From Haliotis rufescens (Eukaryota), in NCBI RefSeq assembly GCF_023055435.1, contig NW_025963789.1, forward strand, positions 558,001-622,000: a stretch of DNA of 64,000 nucleotides, given 5' to 3'. Positions 11,664 through 25,402 of this stretch are shown piece after piece (the first letter of the stretch is position 1; every line of letters starts with the position of its first letter). The translations under genes were made by a program, and so were the position numbers. The notes below the pieces were generated by a model, which was not told the origin of the DNA, did no database searches, and was given only the letters and a program-made list of their open reading frames with translations.

Positions 11664-14600
11664 CTGAAAGTACAAACCTTTGTACAAACATGCGAAGTGT
11701 AAATATTTGGAAGATGATCAAGACAACATTTTTACTGTATTCGAAGCTGAAATAAGATATATTTTGTCATGCCGAATCCGAAAGTCCCAGTCCGAAAGTC
11801 CCAAACATAACCGTCATCAGTAACTTTGAGCTTACTTGTCCATGAGGCGTTGAATCCCCGCCTCCCGAATACGCTGTCGCTTGTGAAGTGCACGCGGTAG
11901 TAGCTGGACGGCTGCACGACGTACCCAGACTTCCCATTAGTCAGGGACGCAAGGACGTTGCCAGAGGAACTGAACACCTACAATTATGTACACCGCAAGT
12001 GTGGGAATAGGCACAAATAGTCAACGGCAAACGTAGCTGTGTCACATTATTTTCTGACGAATGAAAATTTATCATTATAATGATCATATGGACCATGTGG
12101 TTTTATATAAATATTGATCTATCTTCTATATATGTACACAACAAACAGTTTGTGAAAACACAACCGCACACGTTCTATGATTGATGCCGGTTAAATGCCA
12201 ATTGTGAAAAGAACCCACAAACCTGTAGGCGTAATTGATATAAATTTAAATTTTGAAATATGTTTGAATGTTACAAATAAAGTGAAACTAAGACTAAATC
12301 CTATTTCAACTGCAGCAAACTAAATATAATTTTACTTTAAAGCTTCAAAGAAATGAAATTAGATATTTGTAAATCTGATGTATCTTTTATAAACAAGACA
12401 ATAGCGATGACGAAAATGGCAGAACTGGCGTACGGAATACTTATGAGTTCAACTCTCTTTTTTATGCTTTTCCCCACATAAATAGGCCAGTGGCACCAAA
12501 TGTTCATATCCGAAGCCGCCTATAGCTGTGGAAAGTAGTAGAGGAGCGAAATGTGTCGGGCATCGGGAGAATAATGCGAAGTGGCTGTCGACACAGCTGA
12601 AGGAGTTGAGTTACCCGACCGCGACCTTGGTCATTGGTGTTATTTTAGAATTACAGCGCCAGCGTCAGGGCAATATTTTGGTGTAACTGTGCAACTGGTT
12701 TCACTCATACAGAGTTGTGCAACTGGTTTCACTCATACAGAGTTGTGCAACTGGTTTCACTCATACAGAGTTGTGCAACTGGTTTCACTCATACTGAGTT
12801 GTGCAACTGGTTTCACTCATACTGAGTTGTGCAACTGGTTTCACTCATACTGAGTTGTGCAACTGGTTTCACTCATACTGAGTTGTGCAACTGGTTTCAC
12901 TCATACAGAGTTGTGCAACTGGTTTCACTCATACTGAGTTGTGCAACTGGTTTCACTCATACAAAGTTGTGCAACTGGTTTCACTCATACAGAGGCGGAT
13001 CAGGAAAAGGGGTGTATTTTTCCACTCCAGTCTATGTATTTGATCTGGATTATAATGAATAAGCTGTACCTCAGGGTTTTGTGCTATTGTGTACAGTGCA
13101 TCGTGTTCGTAGCCCACGTGATGTATGTTTAGTTAGTGTCACACGCTGCAGGTGATATGGATTTGACGCTCTCGTCTCCACTCCAACGATTTTGTATTTA
13201 AGAATGGGGTATGTTTTTGATTTTGGTAATCGCACATTCCCTTCGAATAATGGCAGTTGTTTTAAAACATAATTATATGGACCTTTGTTGGGTAACTCAG
13301 CTGGAGACCGCCTCCGTGGTCTAGTGGTAGAGCGTCCACCCGGAGAGCGGAAGGTTCGGGGTTCGATCCCCGGCCGCGTCATAGCAAAAGACCTTACTGG
13401 TGCTTGTTGTTACCCTGTCTGGCGTTCGGCATTAAGGGGCTTAAACAAGGACTGGTCGGCTCGGAGTCAGTATACTGTGTCTGAGTGGGGTATTCATGTT
13501 AAATTGCCGCATGGTATCTCCAGACAAGTACAAGCAGCCACATACATACACAGATGCATGCACGTCGCTATATAAGTGTCATAACATTGAACGGGACGTT
13601 AAACCTCATTTCGATTCACCACTTTTAGGTGTCCTCCTTACTAGATTTATGATCTATCTACCTTCATTTGTGATCGAAGCTACTCTGTGCTCTCTTACTA
13701 ATGTTGCATCTTCCTGTTTTGAACCTATTTGTGTCGACAGCTCTCAAATGCATAGAATATTTGTCTTTGGAACTATAATTGTGTCCATCTTTCTGTTCGG
13801 CATCTTCTTCGAAAATATTGGATGCTCACCTCGACTTTGTCAAAAGTTTTCTCAACCTTAAAGTCCACGAAAACGAGACGGATCAACGTAGTTCCAGCGT
13901 CGATGGTGTAGGTGCAGCTCTGGTTGTTGGGGTAAATGTTGGGGTAAAAAGGGGAGGTAAATGAACCTGATGTTTCCGTCCTGTTCTCGTCACATTCTTG
14001 CTGGAAAACAGGAGTAAAACACATGGTTGAAGCACATCTTTAAGTCTGAATAATGAATGTCAGTATGTGTGTTTGATTCGACTCATTCTGTTCACTACAG
14101 ACTCGAAAGTAAATTGGGACATGAACAATATATAGTTTGTTTGTTTGTTGTTTAACGCCGCACTCAGCAATATTCCAGCTATATGACGGCGGTCTGTAAA
14201 TAATCGAGTCTGGACTAGACAATCCAGTGATTGACATCACGAGCATCGATCCACGCAATTGGGATACGATGACATGCATCAACCAAGTCAGCAAGCCTGA
14301 CCACCCGAGTCGCCTTTTACGGCAAGCATGGGTTGCTGAAGACCTATTCTACCCCGGATCTTGACGCGTCCAGCAGCACATTTGGGCAAGAACAATGTTA
14401 ATTGGTTGTTCTGGAACATACCACGGCAGTAACTTGGGGACATGACAATACTTTGGCTTGGAAGTGAACACAACAGTAAATTGGGACAAAAGCAATAGTT
14501 TGGCCGGAGGCGAACACGGCAGTATATTGGGACAAAAACAATGTTCATAGTTTTGGCCGAGAAGAGAACACAGCGGGAAGTTGGGACAAGTCAAAATGTT

Positions 14601-17600
14601 TGGCTGGGAAGAGAACACAGCAGTATCGCGGAGAAAGATAATGTTAATAATTTGGCCGGGAGAAGAACACAGCAGTAAATCGGGACGAGGACAATGGTTT
14701 GGCCGTGAGTGTAAAACAGCAGTGAATTGTGACTAGGTTATTGGTTGGTTGGTTTGTTGTTTTACGCCGCACTCAGCAATATTACAGCTATATGACGGCG
14801 GTCTGTAAATAATCGAGTTTGGACCAAACAATCCAGTGATCGGCATCATGAGCATCGATCCACGCAATTGGGATCGATGACATGCATCAACCAAGTCAGC
14901 GAGCTTGAACACCCGATCCCGTTAGTCGCCTTTTACGACAAGCATAGTTACCTTTTACGGCAAGCATGGGTTGCTGAAGACCTATTCTACCCCGGATCGC
15001 CACGGGTCGAATTGTGATAAGGACACATGGTTAAATTTGTATTACAATGGACGTGATGTGCACAGATCTTTAGGTTCTGACAAAAATGTAATACAAAGTG
15101 ACATTGATTGATAGATATAGATAGCTAGACGTTTAATTAATTTACAATCAGTTGTAGACATAATGATATTTAATTTTTGTTTGGTCATATATTGACAATA
15201 TTTCTTTGGTAAGTGATCCACACGTTACTTGTTATAACCGGAGCAAACTAACAAAAAATGATACTTGTCCTCCACATACCCAGTATTACAGACACAGCAT
15301 TGTCTTCTGTCACATGGGATAATAGCGTATCTCCCAGTTTCAACACATAGCTGGTGCAAAAGAACATATAAACCGGGCAAGCACAACCCTAAATGTATTG
15401 ACAGTCACCCAGCTACGATACATCTCTGTACCAAACGATACTATGGCAAGCCGTTTTTACATATATTACGGAATTACAGATATCTTCAATTGTTTTAAAG
15501 ATATCTTGAATTGAATTGAAGATATCGTGAATTGAATTGAAGATATCCTGAATGAGGTGGAAGATATCTTAAATACATATAATTGTAGATATCTGCAATA
15601 AAATGTAAGCTATCACGAAACGAATTAAGGATATGGAGATCTTGAAAAGAATTGATATCTTAAATTCGATTAATGATAGCAAAGTCATCTTTTGTTATGT
15701 CAGTAATTCAATTCCTGATATCTTGAAACTAAATACAGTAGCAGTAATCAATTATTGATATCTTCAACTGTTGCCATTATTCAAGACTTATTTATAGATA
15801 TCTTCAAATACTTCCGTCTGTTAAGTACAGTGGGTAATTTTCTAACCATGGCGGAACATTTCATCTCGCTTCGGAGACCATGTTTTCAAATTGATCACTG
15901 CTGTCATAGTCAGTCCCCTGAACTCCTCCGTGGATTTCTTGGCGTGCTGTTGAGACTAGTTCCTGCACAAGTTGGGCATGGTTTGCCGCCACTTTGGAAC
16001 CGGAAGAATTTACGGATATGTAGAGAGACCGGAAGTATTTGAAGATATCTGTAAATCATTCCCCACAATTTGGGGGACCGGAATAATTCTTTTGCCGTTC
16101 CTTCGTGTTACTTAATTCATATTACAGATATCAAAAAAATTATATGAAGATATCTTCAAAATTATAAATGATATCTTTAATTTGATTTTTGATATCAATA
16201 ACGGTCAGACAATCTAGTGATTGACTTCATGAGCATCAATCCACGCAGTTGGGATACGATGACATGCATCAACTAAGGCATCGAGCTTGACCACCCGATG
16301 CCATTAGTCGCCTCTCATGACAAGCATAGTTTAGAATTAATGATATCTTGAATTGAATTTAAGATATCTCTAACTGGCTTAAAGATATCTGAAACGAATG
16401 AATGATATCTGTAATGCATTTGTGGATATGTATAACAAGATATATTTCAAGATATCTTGAATGTATTTCTAATATGATTAGGTACAGTAGGGTGGTCATT
16501 GTTTAATGATATCTTAAATACAGAGATATAAAATTAGAGATATCACAAAATATTTTGTTGATATCACATTAACATTTTAAGATATCAGTAATTGTATTTT
16601 GAATAATAGAAATGAATTCAAGATATATTTAATTAGTTTTTGATATCTTAAAAACATCAGTGATATCTGTAAATAGAATACCGATATCTTTAAAAGAATT
16701 GAAGATATCAGTAATTCCCTAATGAATGTGAAAACGGCTTGCAATACGATACCTTGAATAGAGAATAAGTGAAAGATTTACGACCCTCTTCGAGAAGACA
16801 ATGCCAACCCTGTTCATAACTTCATTTCAGACGCGTCATAAATTCTGACAAAAACGAATGAGGATGACCTATACACTTGTTTTCCAAAACGGAGCCAAAA
16901 CCCAAACCGAACAATAAAGATTTACATTTTGAGACCCAAATTAATTTTACCATAACTTTCTGCCTGAAAAATCATTAAAAAAAACATTTCTTTGGATAGC
17001 GACAATCGGACATACTCAATAACTTTATCCAATAACCAATAACTCTTGTGTATGAACAAAGATATAATGAATAACGCCCACATTCACCTCGAACCACGTG
17101 TTGGAAGTTGCCGATTTGACACCTAGAAATTTAAAGCGCTTGCATGCCAATGTATGTATGGTTTCTATTTCACGATTCTTGTGTGGACCCCAGACTTCGG
17201 AACCATAGACCATATTTTCATATAAAATATTTTGAAATATAAGGATGTAATTTTGTCAATGACTTTAAGACACCAAACTTTGGCTTTTTCCACTGTATAC
17301 CAGCATTGGAGAAATGACTTGAACAGGACAGGCTTCTCGTAAAAGTAACGCCCAAATACATATTAGATGACACTTAGACCATTATAGCACAAAATCTCTT
17401 TTCTTGACTTTAGTTTATCCAAATTGACGTCTAAATCATAATCATTACAAAACTTTCTAGAAGTCCACCTATGGCATCTGAGATTAGGATAATATCGTTT
17501 GCAAATAATAACTGGAATATCTCTGTAATATCAGGATGTAGTTGTATTCCTGGTCCAGAATTCTGTTCAACTTCAGCAGCTAATTCGTTAATGAACATCG

Positions 17601-20600
17601 AGAATACAAGGGAGCTTAACACACAACCCTGGCCTACTCCTCTTGGACACTGAAACATTTCAGAAAATGGAAGTTTAAACATAACGCTAGCCTTAACAGA
17701 TGTATAAATAGACTGTATAGCTTTCATCATTTTGCAAGAAACACCTCTATTGACTAGTACTGTTCATGATGTCACCCAGTTTACACTGTCAAAGGCTTTT
17801 AAAAAGTCGACAAAGACACCATACATCCTACCCTTACGCTTACTGATATATCTATGGATAGTGCACTGTTATATATAGATATTATCTATTGCGGAGTAAT
17901 CATGATGGAAACTGCCTGGGACTAGTGTACAGGAGTACCATAGACCTCACACAAATACGTGAACCATCTATTCAAAAAAGAAACATACAACTTACTCAGT
18001 ACACTAAGAACTGATATACCCCTATAGTTGGATGGGGAATGGATGTCTCTTCGATATGTGTTGTGAGGATTCTGCCTTCCGCACAGTATCATTTTTTTAC
18101 AGTGGAAGAAGAAACTGTTGGATACAATAATGTAGTTAATTACACTGGAGCCTGAGTGACCGATGAAAGTATAATAACCTATATCTAAATCCGTACCACG
18201 GCGACCATTTAGAATAGAGAGCGGCACATATATTTACAAGATACTTTCCGGCATTGTTTACAATGCTATCACATGATGTTTATCTATGTTGATACCACAG
18301 GACAGAATTGAGATATTCTCGTCACCTAAGACCTCGGCGATATCATCATCATTATGATCAGACAGTGTCCCTGTCTAGGAGTTAAAATCCCCACCCCACC
18401 CCACCCAGAATAAAGTCAAACCACACTTGATTTGTCTGTTATTCAACCAACTTGATCCTGACGGATTGACAGATACACAGCAAATAAGAATGTCTTTTTC
18501 AAGATTAAATACACATTTATCTAAAAGTAAAAATATAGCATTGTCAATAATTTTGGACAATTTCACATAGACACTGATGGATTTTATCACAATCACGGTA
18601 AAGCCTCCTGAGCATCGAAAATATTAATAGTTTGGCCGGGAGGATAAGACGCAAGTAAATTGTGAGAAGAAGAACAGTTTGGCCGGAAAGAGAACACAGC
18701 AGTTACTTTGAGAAGGAACAATAGTAATAGTTTGGCCGGGATGATAAGACGGAAGTAAATTGTGAGAAGAAGAACAGTTTGGCCGGAAAGAGAACACAGC
18801 AGTTACTTTGAGAAGGAACAATAGTAATAGTTTGGCCGGGATGATAAGACGGAAGTAAATTGTGAGAAGAAGAACAGTTTGGCCGGAAAGAGAACACAGC
18901 AGTTACTTTGAGAAGGAACAATAGTAATAGTTTGGCCGGGATAATAAGACGGAAGTAAATTGTGACAAGAAGAACAGTTTGGCCGGAAAGAGAACACAGC
19001 AGTTACTTTGAGAAGGAACAATAGTAATAGTTTGGCAGGGATGATAAGACGGAAGTAAATTGTGAGAAGAAGAACAGTTTGGCCGGAAAGAGAACACAGC
19101 AGTTACTTTGAGAAGGAACAATAGTAATAGTTTGGCCGGGATGATAAGACGGAAGTAAATTGTGAGAAGAAGAACAGTTTGGCCGGAAAGAGAACACAGC
19201 AGTTACTTTGAGAAGAAACAATAGTAATAGTTTGGCAGGGATGATAAGACGGAAGTAAATTGTGACAAGAAGAACAGTTTGGCCGGAAAGAGAACACAGC
19301 AGTTACTTTGAGAAGGAACAATATCAATAGTTTGGCCGGGATGATAAGACGGAAGTAAATTGTGACAAGAAGAACAGTTTGGCCGGAAAGAGAACACAGC
19401 AGTTACTTTGAGAAGGAACAATAGTAATAGTTTGGCAGGGAGGATAAGACGCAAGTAAATTGTGAGAAGAAGAACAGTTTGGCCGGAAAGAGAACACAGC
19501 AGTTACTTTGAGAAGGAACAATATTAATAGTTTGGCCGGGATGATAAGACGGAAGTAAATTGTGAGAAGAAGAACAGTTTGGCCGGAAAGAGAACACAGC
19601 AGTTACTTTGAGAAGGAACAATATCAATAGTTTGGCCGGGATGATAAGACGGAAGTAAATTGTGACAAGAAGAACAGTTTGGCCGGAAAGAGAACACAGC
19701 AGTTACTTTGAGAAGGAACAATAGTAATAGTTTGGCAGGGAGGATAAGACGCAAGTAAATTGTGAGAAGAAGAACAGTTTGGCCGGAAAGAGAACACAGC
19801 AGTTACTTTGAGAAGGAACAATAGTAATAGTTTGGCCGGGATGATAAGACGGAAGTAAATTGTGAGAAGAAGAACAGTTTGGCCGGAAAGAGAACACAGC
19901 AGTTACTTTGAGAAGGAACAATAGTAATAGTTTGGCAGGGAGGATAAGACGGAAGTAAATTGTGACAAGAAGAACAGTTTGGCCGGAAAGAGAACACAGC
20001 AGTTACTTTGAGAAGGAACAATATTAATAGTTTGGCCGGGATGATAAGACGGAAGTAAATTGTGAGAAGAAGAACAGTTTGGCCGGAAAGAGAACACAGC
20101 AGTTACTTTGAGAAGGAACAATATCAATAGTTTGGCCGGGATGATAAGACGGAGGTAAATTGTGACAAGAAGAACAGTTTGGCCGGAAAGAGAACACAGC
20201 AGTTACTTTAAGAAGGAACAATATCAATAGTTTGGCCGGGATGATAAGACGGAAGTAAATTGTGACAAGAAGAACAGTTTGGCCAGAAAGAGAACACAGC
20301 AGTTACTTTAAGAAGGAACAATATCAATAGTTTGGCAGGGAGGATAAGACGGAAGTAAATTGTGAGAAGAAGAACAGTTTGGCCGGAAAGAGAACACAGC
20401 AGTTACTTTAAGAAGGAACAATATCAATAGTTTGGCAGGGAGGATAAGACAGAAGTAAATTGTGACAAAAAGAACAGTTTCGCCAGAAAGAGAACACAGC
20501 AGTTACTTTAAGAAGGAACAATATCAATAGTTTGGCCGGGATGATAAGACGGAAGTAAATTGTGACAAGAAGAACAGTTTGGCCGGAAAGAGAACACAGC

Positions 20601-23600
20601 AGTTACTTTGAGAAGGAACAATAGTAATAGTTTGGCCGGGATGATAAGACGGAAGTAAATTGTGAGAAGAAGAACAGTTTGGCCGGAAAGAGAACACAGC
20701 AGTTACTTTGAGAAGGAACAATAGTAATAGTTTGGCCGGGATGATAAGACGGAAGTAAATTGTGACAAGAAGAACAGTTTGGCCGGAAAGAGAACACAGC
20801 AGTTACTTTAAGAAGGAACAATATCAATAGTTTGGCAGGGAGGATAAGACGGAAGTAAATTGTGACAAAAAGAACAGTTTCGCCAGAAAGAGAACACAGC
20901 AGTTACTTTAAGAAGGAACAATATCAATAGTTTGGCCGGGATGATAAGACGGAAGTAAATTGTGACAAGAAGAACAGTTTGGCCGGAAAGAGAACACAGC
21001 AGTTACTTTGAGAAGGAACAATAGTAATAGTTTGGCCGGGATGATAAGACGGAAGTAAATTGTGAGAAGAAGAACAGTTTGGCCGGAAAGAGAACACAGC
21101 AGTTACTTTGAGAAGGAACAATAGTAATAGTTTGGCCGGGATGATAAGACGGAAGTAAATTGTGACAAGAAGAACAGTTTGGCCGGAAAGAGAACACAGC
21201 AGTTACTTTAAGAAGGAACAATATCAATAGTTTGGCCGGGATGATAAGACGGAAGTAAATTGTGACAAGAAGAACAGTTTGGCCGGAAAGAGAACACAGC
21301 AGTTACTTTGAGAAGGAACAATAGTAATAGTTTGGCCGGGATGATAAGACGGAAGTAAATTGTGAGAAGAAGAACAGTTTGGCCGGAAAAAGAACACAGC
21401 AGTTACTTTGAGAAGGAACAATAGTAATAGTTTGGCCGGGATGATAAGACGGAAGTAAATTGTGACAAAAAGAACAGTTTCGCCAGAAAGAGAACACAGC
21501 AGTTACTTTAAGAAGGAACAATATCAATAGTTTGGCCGGGATGATAAGACGGAAGTAAATTGTGAGAAGAAGAACAGTTTGGCCGGAAAGAGAACACAGC
21601 AGTTACTTTGAGAAGGAAAAATAGTAATAGTTTGGCCGGGAGGATAAGACGGAAGTAAATTGTGACAAAAAGAACAGTTTGGCCGGAAAGAGAACACAGC
21701 AGTTACTTTAAGAAGGAACAATATCAATAGTTTGGCCGGGATGATAAGACGGAAGTAAATTGTGACAAGAAGAACAGTTTGGCCGGAAAGAGAACACAGC
21801 AGTTACTTTGAGAAGGAACAATAGTAATAGTTTGGCAGGGAGGATAAGACGCAAGTAAATTGTGAGAAGAAGAACAGTTTGGCCGGAAAGAGAACACAGC
21901 AGTTACTTTGAGAAGGAACAATATTAATAGTTTGGCCGGGATGATAAGACGGAAGTAAATTGTGAGAAGAAGAACAGTTTGGCCGGAAAGAGAACACAGC
22001 AGTTACTTTGAGAAGGAACAATATCAATAGTTTGGCCGGGATGATAAGACGGAAGTAAATTGTGACAAGAAGAACAGTTTGGCCGGAAAGAGAACACAGC
22101 AGTTACTTTGAGAAGGAACAATAGTAATAGTTTGGCAGGGAGGATAAGACGCAAGTAAATTGTGAGAAGAAGAACAGTTTGGCCGGAAAGAGAACACAGC
22201 AGTTACTTTGAGAAGGAACAATAGTAATAGTTTGGCCGGGATGATAAGACGGAAGTAAATTGTGAGAAGAAGAACAGTTTGGCCGGAAAGAGAACACAGC
22301 AGTTACTTTGAGAAGGAACAATAGTAATAGTTTGGCAGGGAGGATAAGACGGAAGTAAATTGTGACAAGAAGAACAGTTTGGCCGGAAAGAGAACACAGC
22401 AGTTACTTTGAGAAGGAACAATATTAATAGTTTGGCCGGGATGATAAGACGGAAGTAAATTGTGAGAAGAAGAACAGTTTGGCCGGAAAGAGAACACAGC
22501 AGTTACTTTGAGAAGGAACAATATCAATAGTTTGGCCGGGATGATAAGACGGAGGTAAATTGTGACAAGAAGAACAGTTTGGCCGGAAAGAGAACACAGC
22601 AGTTACTTTAAGAAGGAACAATATCAATAGTTTGGCCGGGATGATAAGACGGAAGTAAATTGTGACAAGAAGAACAGTTTGGCCAGAAAGAGAACACAGC
22701 AGTTACTTTAAGAAGGAACAATATCAATAGTTTGGCAGGGAGGATAAGACGGAAGTAAATTGTGAGAAGAAGAACAGTTTGGCCGGAAAGAGAACACAGC
22801 AGTTACTTTAAGAAGGAACAATATCAATAGTTTGGCAGGGAGGATAAGACAGAAGTAAATTGTGACAAAAAGAACAGTTTCGCCAGAAAGAGAACACAGC
22901 AGTTACTTTAAGAAGGAACAATATCAATAGTTTGGCCGGGATGATAAGACGGAAGTAAATTGTGACAAGAAGAACAGTTTGGCCGGAAAGAGAACACAGC
23001 AGTTACTTTGAGAAGGAACAATAGTAATAGTTTGGCCGGGATGATAAGACGGAAGTAAATTGTGAGAAGAAGAACAGTTTGGCCGGAAAGAGAACACAGC
23101 AGTTACTTTGAGAAGGAACAATAGTAATAGTTTGGCCGGGATGATAAGACGGAAGTAAATTGTGACAAGAAGAACAGTTTGGCCGGAAAGAGAACACAGC
23201 AGTTACTTTAAGAAGGAACAATATCAATAGTTTGGCAGGGAGGATAAGACGGAAGTAAATTGTGACAAAAAGAACAGTTTCGCCAGAAAGAGAACACAGC
23301 AGTTACTTTAAGAAGGAACAATATCAATAGTTTGGCCGGGATGATAAGACGGAAGTAAATTGTGACAAGAAGAACAGTTTGGCCGGAAAGAGAACACAGC
23401 AGTTACTTTGAGAAGGAACAATAGTAATAGTTTGGCCGGGATGATAAGACGGAAGTAAATTGTGAGAAGAAGAACAGTTTGGCCGGAAAGAGAACACAGC
23501 AGTTACTTTGAGAAGGAACAATAGTAATAGTTTGGCCGGGATGATAAGACGGAAGTAAATTGTGACAAGAAGAACAGTTTGGCCGGAAAGAGAACACAGC

Positions 23601-25402
23601 AGTTACTTTAAGAAGGAACAATATCAATAGTTTGGCCGGGATGATAAGACGGAAGTAAATTGTGACAAGAAGAACAGTTTGGCCGGAAAGAGAACACAGC
23701 AGTTACTTTGAGAAGGAACAATAGTAATAGTTTGGCCGGGATGATAAGACGGAAGTAAATTGTGAGAAGAAGAACAGTTTGGCCGGAAAAAGAACACAGC
23801 AGTTACTTTGAGAAGGAACAATAGTAATAGTTTGGCCGGGATGATAAGACGGAAGTAAATTGTGACAAAAAGAACAGTTTCGCCAGAAAGAGAACACAGC
23901 AGTTACTTTAAGAAGGAACAATATCAATAGTTTGGCCGGGATGATAAGACGGAAGTAAATTGTGAGAAGAAGAACAGTTTGGCCGGAAAGAGAACACAGC
24001 AGTTACTTTGAGAAGGAAAAATAGTAATAGTTTGGCCGGGAGGATAAGACGGAAGTAAATTGTGACAAAAAGAACAGTTTGGCCGGAAAGAGAACACAGC
24101 AGTTACTTTAAGAAGGAACAATATCAATAGTTTGGCCGGGATGATAAGACGGAAGTAAATTGTGACAAGAAGAACAGTTTGGCCGGAAAGAGAACACAGC
24201 AGTTACTTTGAGAAGGAACAATATTAATAGTTTGGCCGGGATGATAAGACGGAAGTAAATTGTGAGAAGAAGAACAGTTTGGCCGGAAAGAGAACACAGC
24301 AGTTACTTTGAGAAGGAACAATAGTAATAGTTTGGCAGGGATGATAAGACGGAAGTAAATTGTGACAAGAAGAACAGTTTGGCCGGAAAGAGAACACAGC
24401 AGTTACTTTGAGAAGGAAAAATATTAATAGTTTGGCCGGGATGATAAGACGGAAGTAAATTGTGACAAGAAGAACAGTTTGGCCGGAAAGAGAACACAGC
24501 AGTTACTTTGAGAAGGAAAAATATTAATAGTTTGGCCGGGATGATAAGACGGAAGTAAATTGTGAGAAGAAGAACAGTTTGGCCGGAAAGAGAACACAGC
24601 AGTTACTTTGAGAAGGAACAATAGTAATAGTTTGGCAGGGAGGATAAGACGGAAGTAAATTGTGACAAGGACAATCGTTTGGCCGGAAAGAGAACACAGC
24701 AGTTACTTTGAGAAGGAACAATAGTAATAGTTTGGCAGGGAGGATAAGACGGAAGTAAATTGTGATAGGAACAATCGTTTGGCCGGAAAGAGAACACAGC
24801 AGTTACTTTGAGAAGGAACAATAGTAATAGTTTGGCAGGGAGGATAAGACGGGATTAAATTGTGACAAGGACAACGGTTAGGCCGGGAAGAGAACACAGC
24901 AGTAAATTGTGACAAGAACAATATTAATAGTTTGGCCGGGAAGAGAACACTTCAGTTTACTGGAGCAAAATGGCTAGTTTGGCCGTGATAAGGGCAGTGA
25001 GATTAGGGAAAGACACGGTAGTAATCTGAAGGAGAAACACGACAGCCTGGCTTATATACAGAAGGCTGTATATCACAGATGCATTCTAATTCTAATCAAG
25101 GCATTCCGACTAGACATAACAATCGCTTTCAACATGGTACGCTCCCAAATTGAAGAACCACATTCAACTTATTCCGGCTTTTATTCACATAATCACTTAC
25201 AAAATATATAAACGTCAAATATATAACGTCAAATTATCCCCGATCCCTGGACAACCTGTATGGCAAGTCGTATTATCTCTGAAACATGTTACAAAACAGT
25301 AGGTGTATTAATTGCAACGTTTACACTTACCTGACACGTAATACCTATCATCGAGTAAAGGATAAAATGAAACTTCATGGATGGTATTAAGGTGGGTTTC
25401 AT
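11401..25402 (-). CDS. Secreted CUB + PAN/apple-like domain protein, 4 coding exons, 215 aa
   Basis: complement(join(11401..11663,11836..11977,13830..14000,25331..25402)); phases 0,0,1 consistent. CUB motifs C...GSFTSPFYPNIYPNNQSCTYTI...LVFVDFKVE...D...VHFTSDS...GFNASW; PAN-like CxxxC-x4-CxAF-x6-CxL. Confidence 0.82.
11836..11977 (-). CDS. CUB-PAN exon 3 (C-half of CUB)
   Basis: ttgtag acceptor, A|GTAAGC donor, YRVHFTSDSVFGRRGFNASWT. Confidence 0.86.
12688..12992. repeat. 28-bp minisatellite
   Basis: Unit GTTGTGCAACTGGTTTCACTCATAC(A/T)GA, ~11 copies. Confidence 0.96.
13306..13620 (+). mobile_element. tRNA-derived SINE family B (MetaSINE-like)
   Basis: Box A TGGTCTAGTGG, box B GGTTCGATCCC, central GTCATAxCAAAAGAC...GGCATTAAGGG resembling the Meta domain (from recall). 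Confidence 0.85.
13830..14000 (-). CDS. CUB-PAN exon 2 (N-half of CUB)
   Basis: ttttccag acceptor, GAG|GTGAGC donor, QECDENRTETSGSFTSPFYPNIYPNNQSCTYTI. Confidence 0.88.
14135..14367 (-). mobile_element. SINE family A with internal deletion
   Basis: Matches other copies. Confidence 0.85.
14370..14740. repeat. Degenerate ~50-bp tandem monomers related to the 100-bp satellite
   Basis: Recurrent TTTGGCCGG...AGAACACAGCAGTAAATTG(G/T)GAC. Confidence 0.75.
14741..15008 (-). mobile_element. SINE family A, full length
   Basis: Ends at GACCCG head; flanked by GAATTGTGA duplication. Confidence 0.9.
15442..16746. mobile_element. Non-autonomous DNA transposon, IS3EU-like, GATATC-rich
   Basis: ~60-bp TIRs TATGGCAAGCCGTTTT.../...AAAACGGCTTGCAATA; 6-bp TSD CGATAC (15436-15441, 16747-16752); SINE A fragment inside at ~16205-16330. 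Confidence 0.8.
16800..18610 (-). mobile_element. Degraded non-LTR retrotransposon (APE + RT; RTE-X-like)
   Basis: ILNGR..YTFIGHSGSSVINYIIVS (APE), NYRGISVLSVLSKLY, GVGQGCVLSSLVFSMFINEL, LLFAND (degenerate YADD), YGSEVWG; frameshifted and deleted. Confidence 0.85.
18624..24990. repeat. 100-bp satellite (47+53-bp dimer), ~63 copies
   Basis: Strict 100-bp period; both subunits start (T/C)AGTTTGGCCGG. Confidence 0.98.
25331..25402 (-). CDS. CUB-PAN exon 1, signal peptide MKPTLIPSMKFHFILYSMIGITCQ
   Basis: AACATG start, hydrophobic core, CAG|GTAAGT donor in phase 0 matching exon 2; link across the 11.3-kb intron is inferred. Confidence 0.65.

Noticed and set aside
13306-13380. tRNA-like sequences here and at 11047, 28153, 41748, 63311
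   Set aside because: They are SINE heads followed by a shared body and tail, not stand-alone tRNA genes.
18624-24921. Dozens of near-identical 65-83-aa ORFs; CRISPR-like regularity
   Set aside because: 100-bp satellite with no unique spacers and no cas genes, in eukaryotic context.
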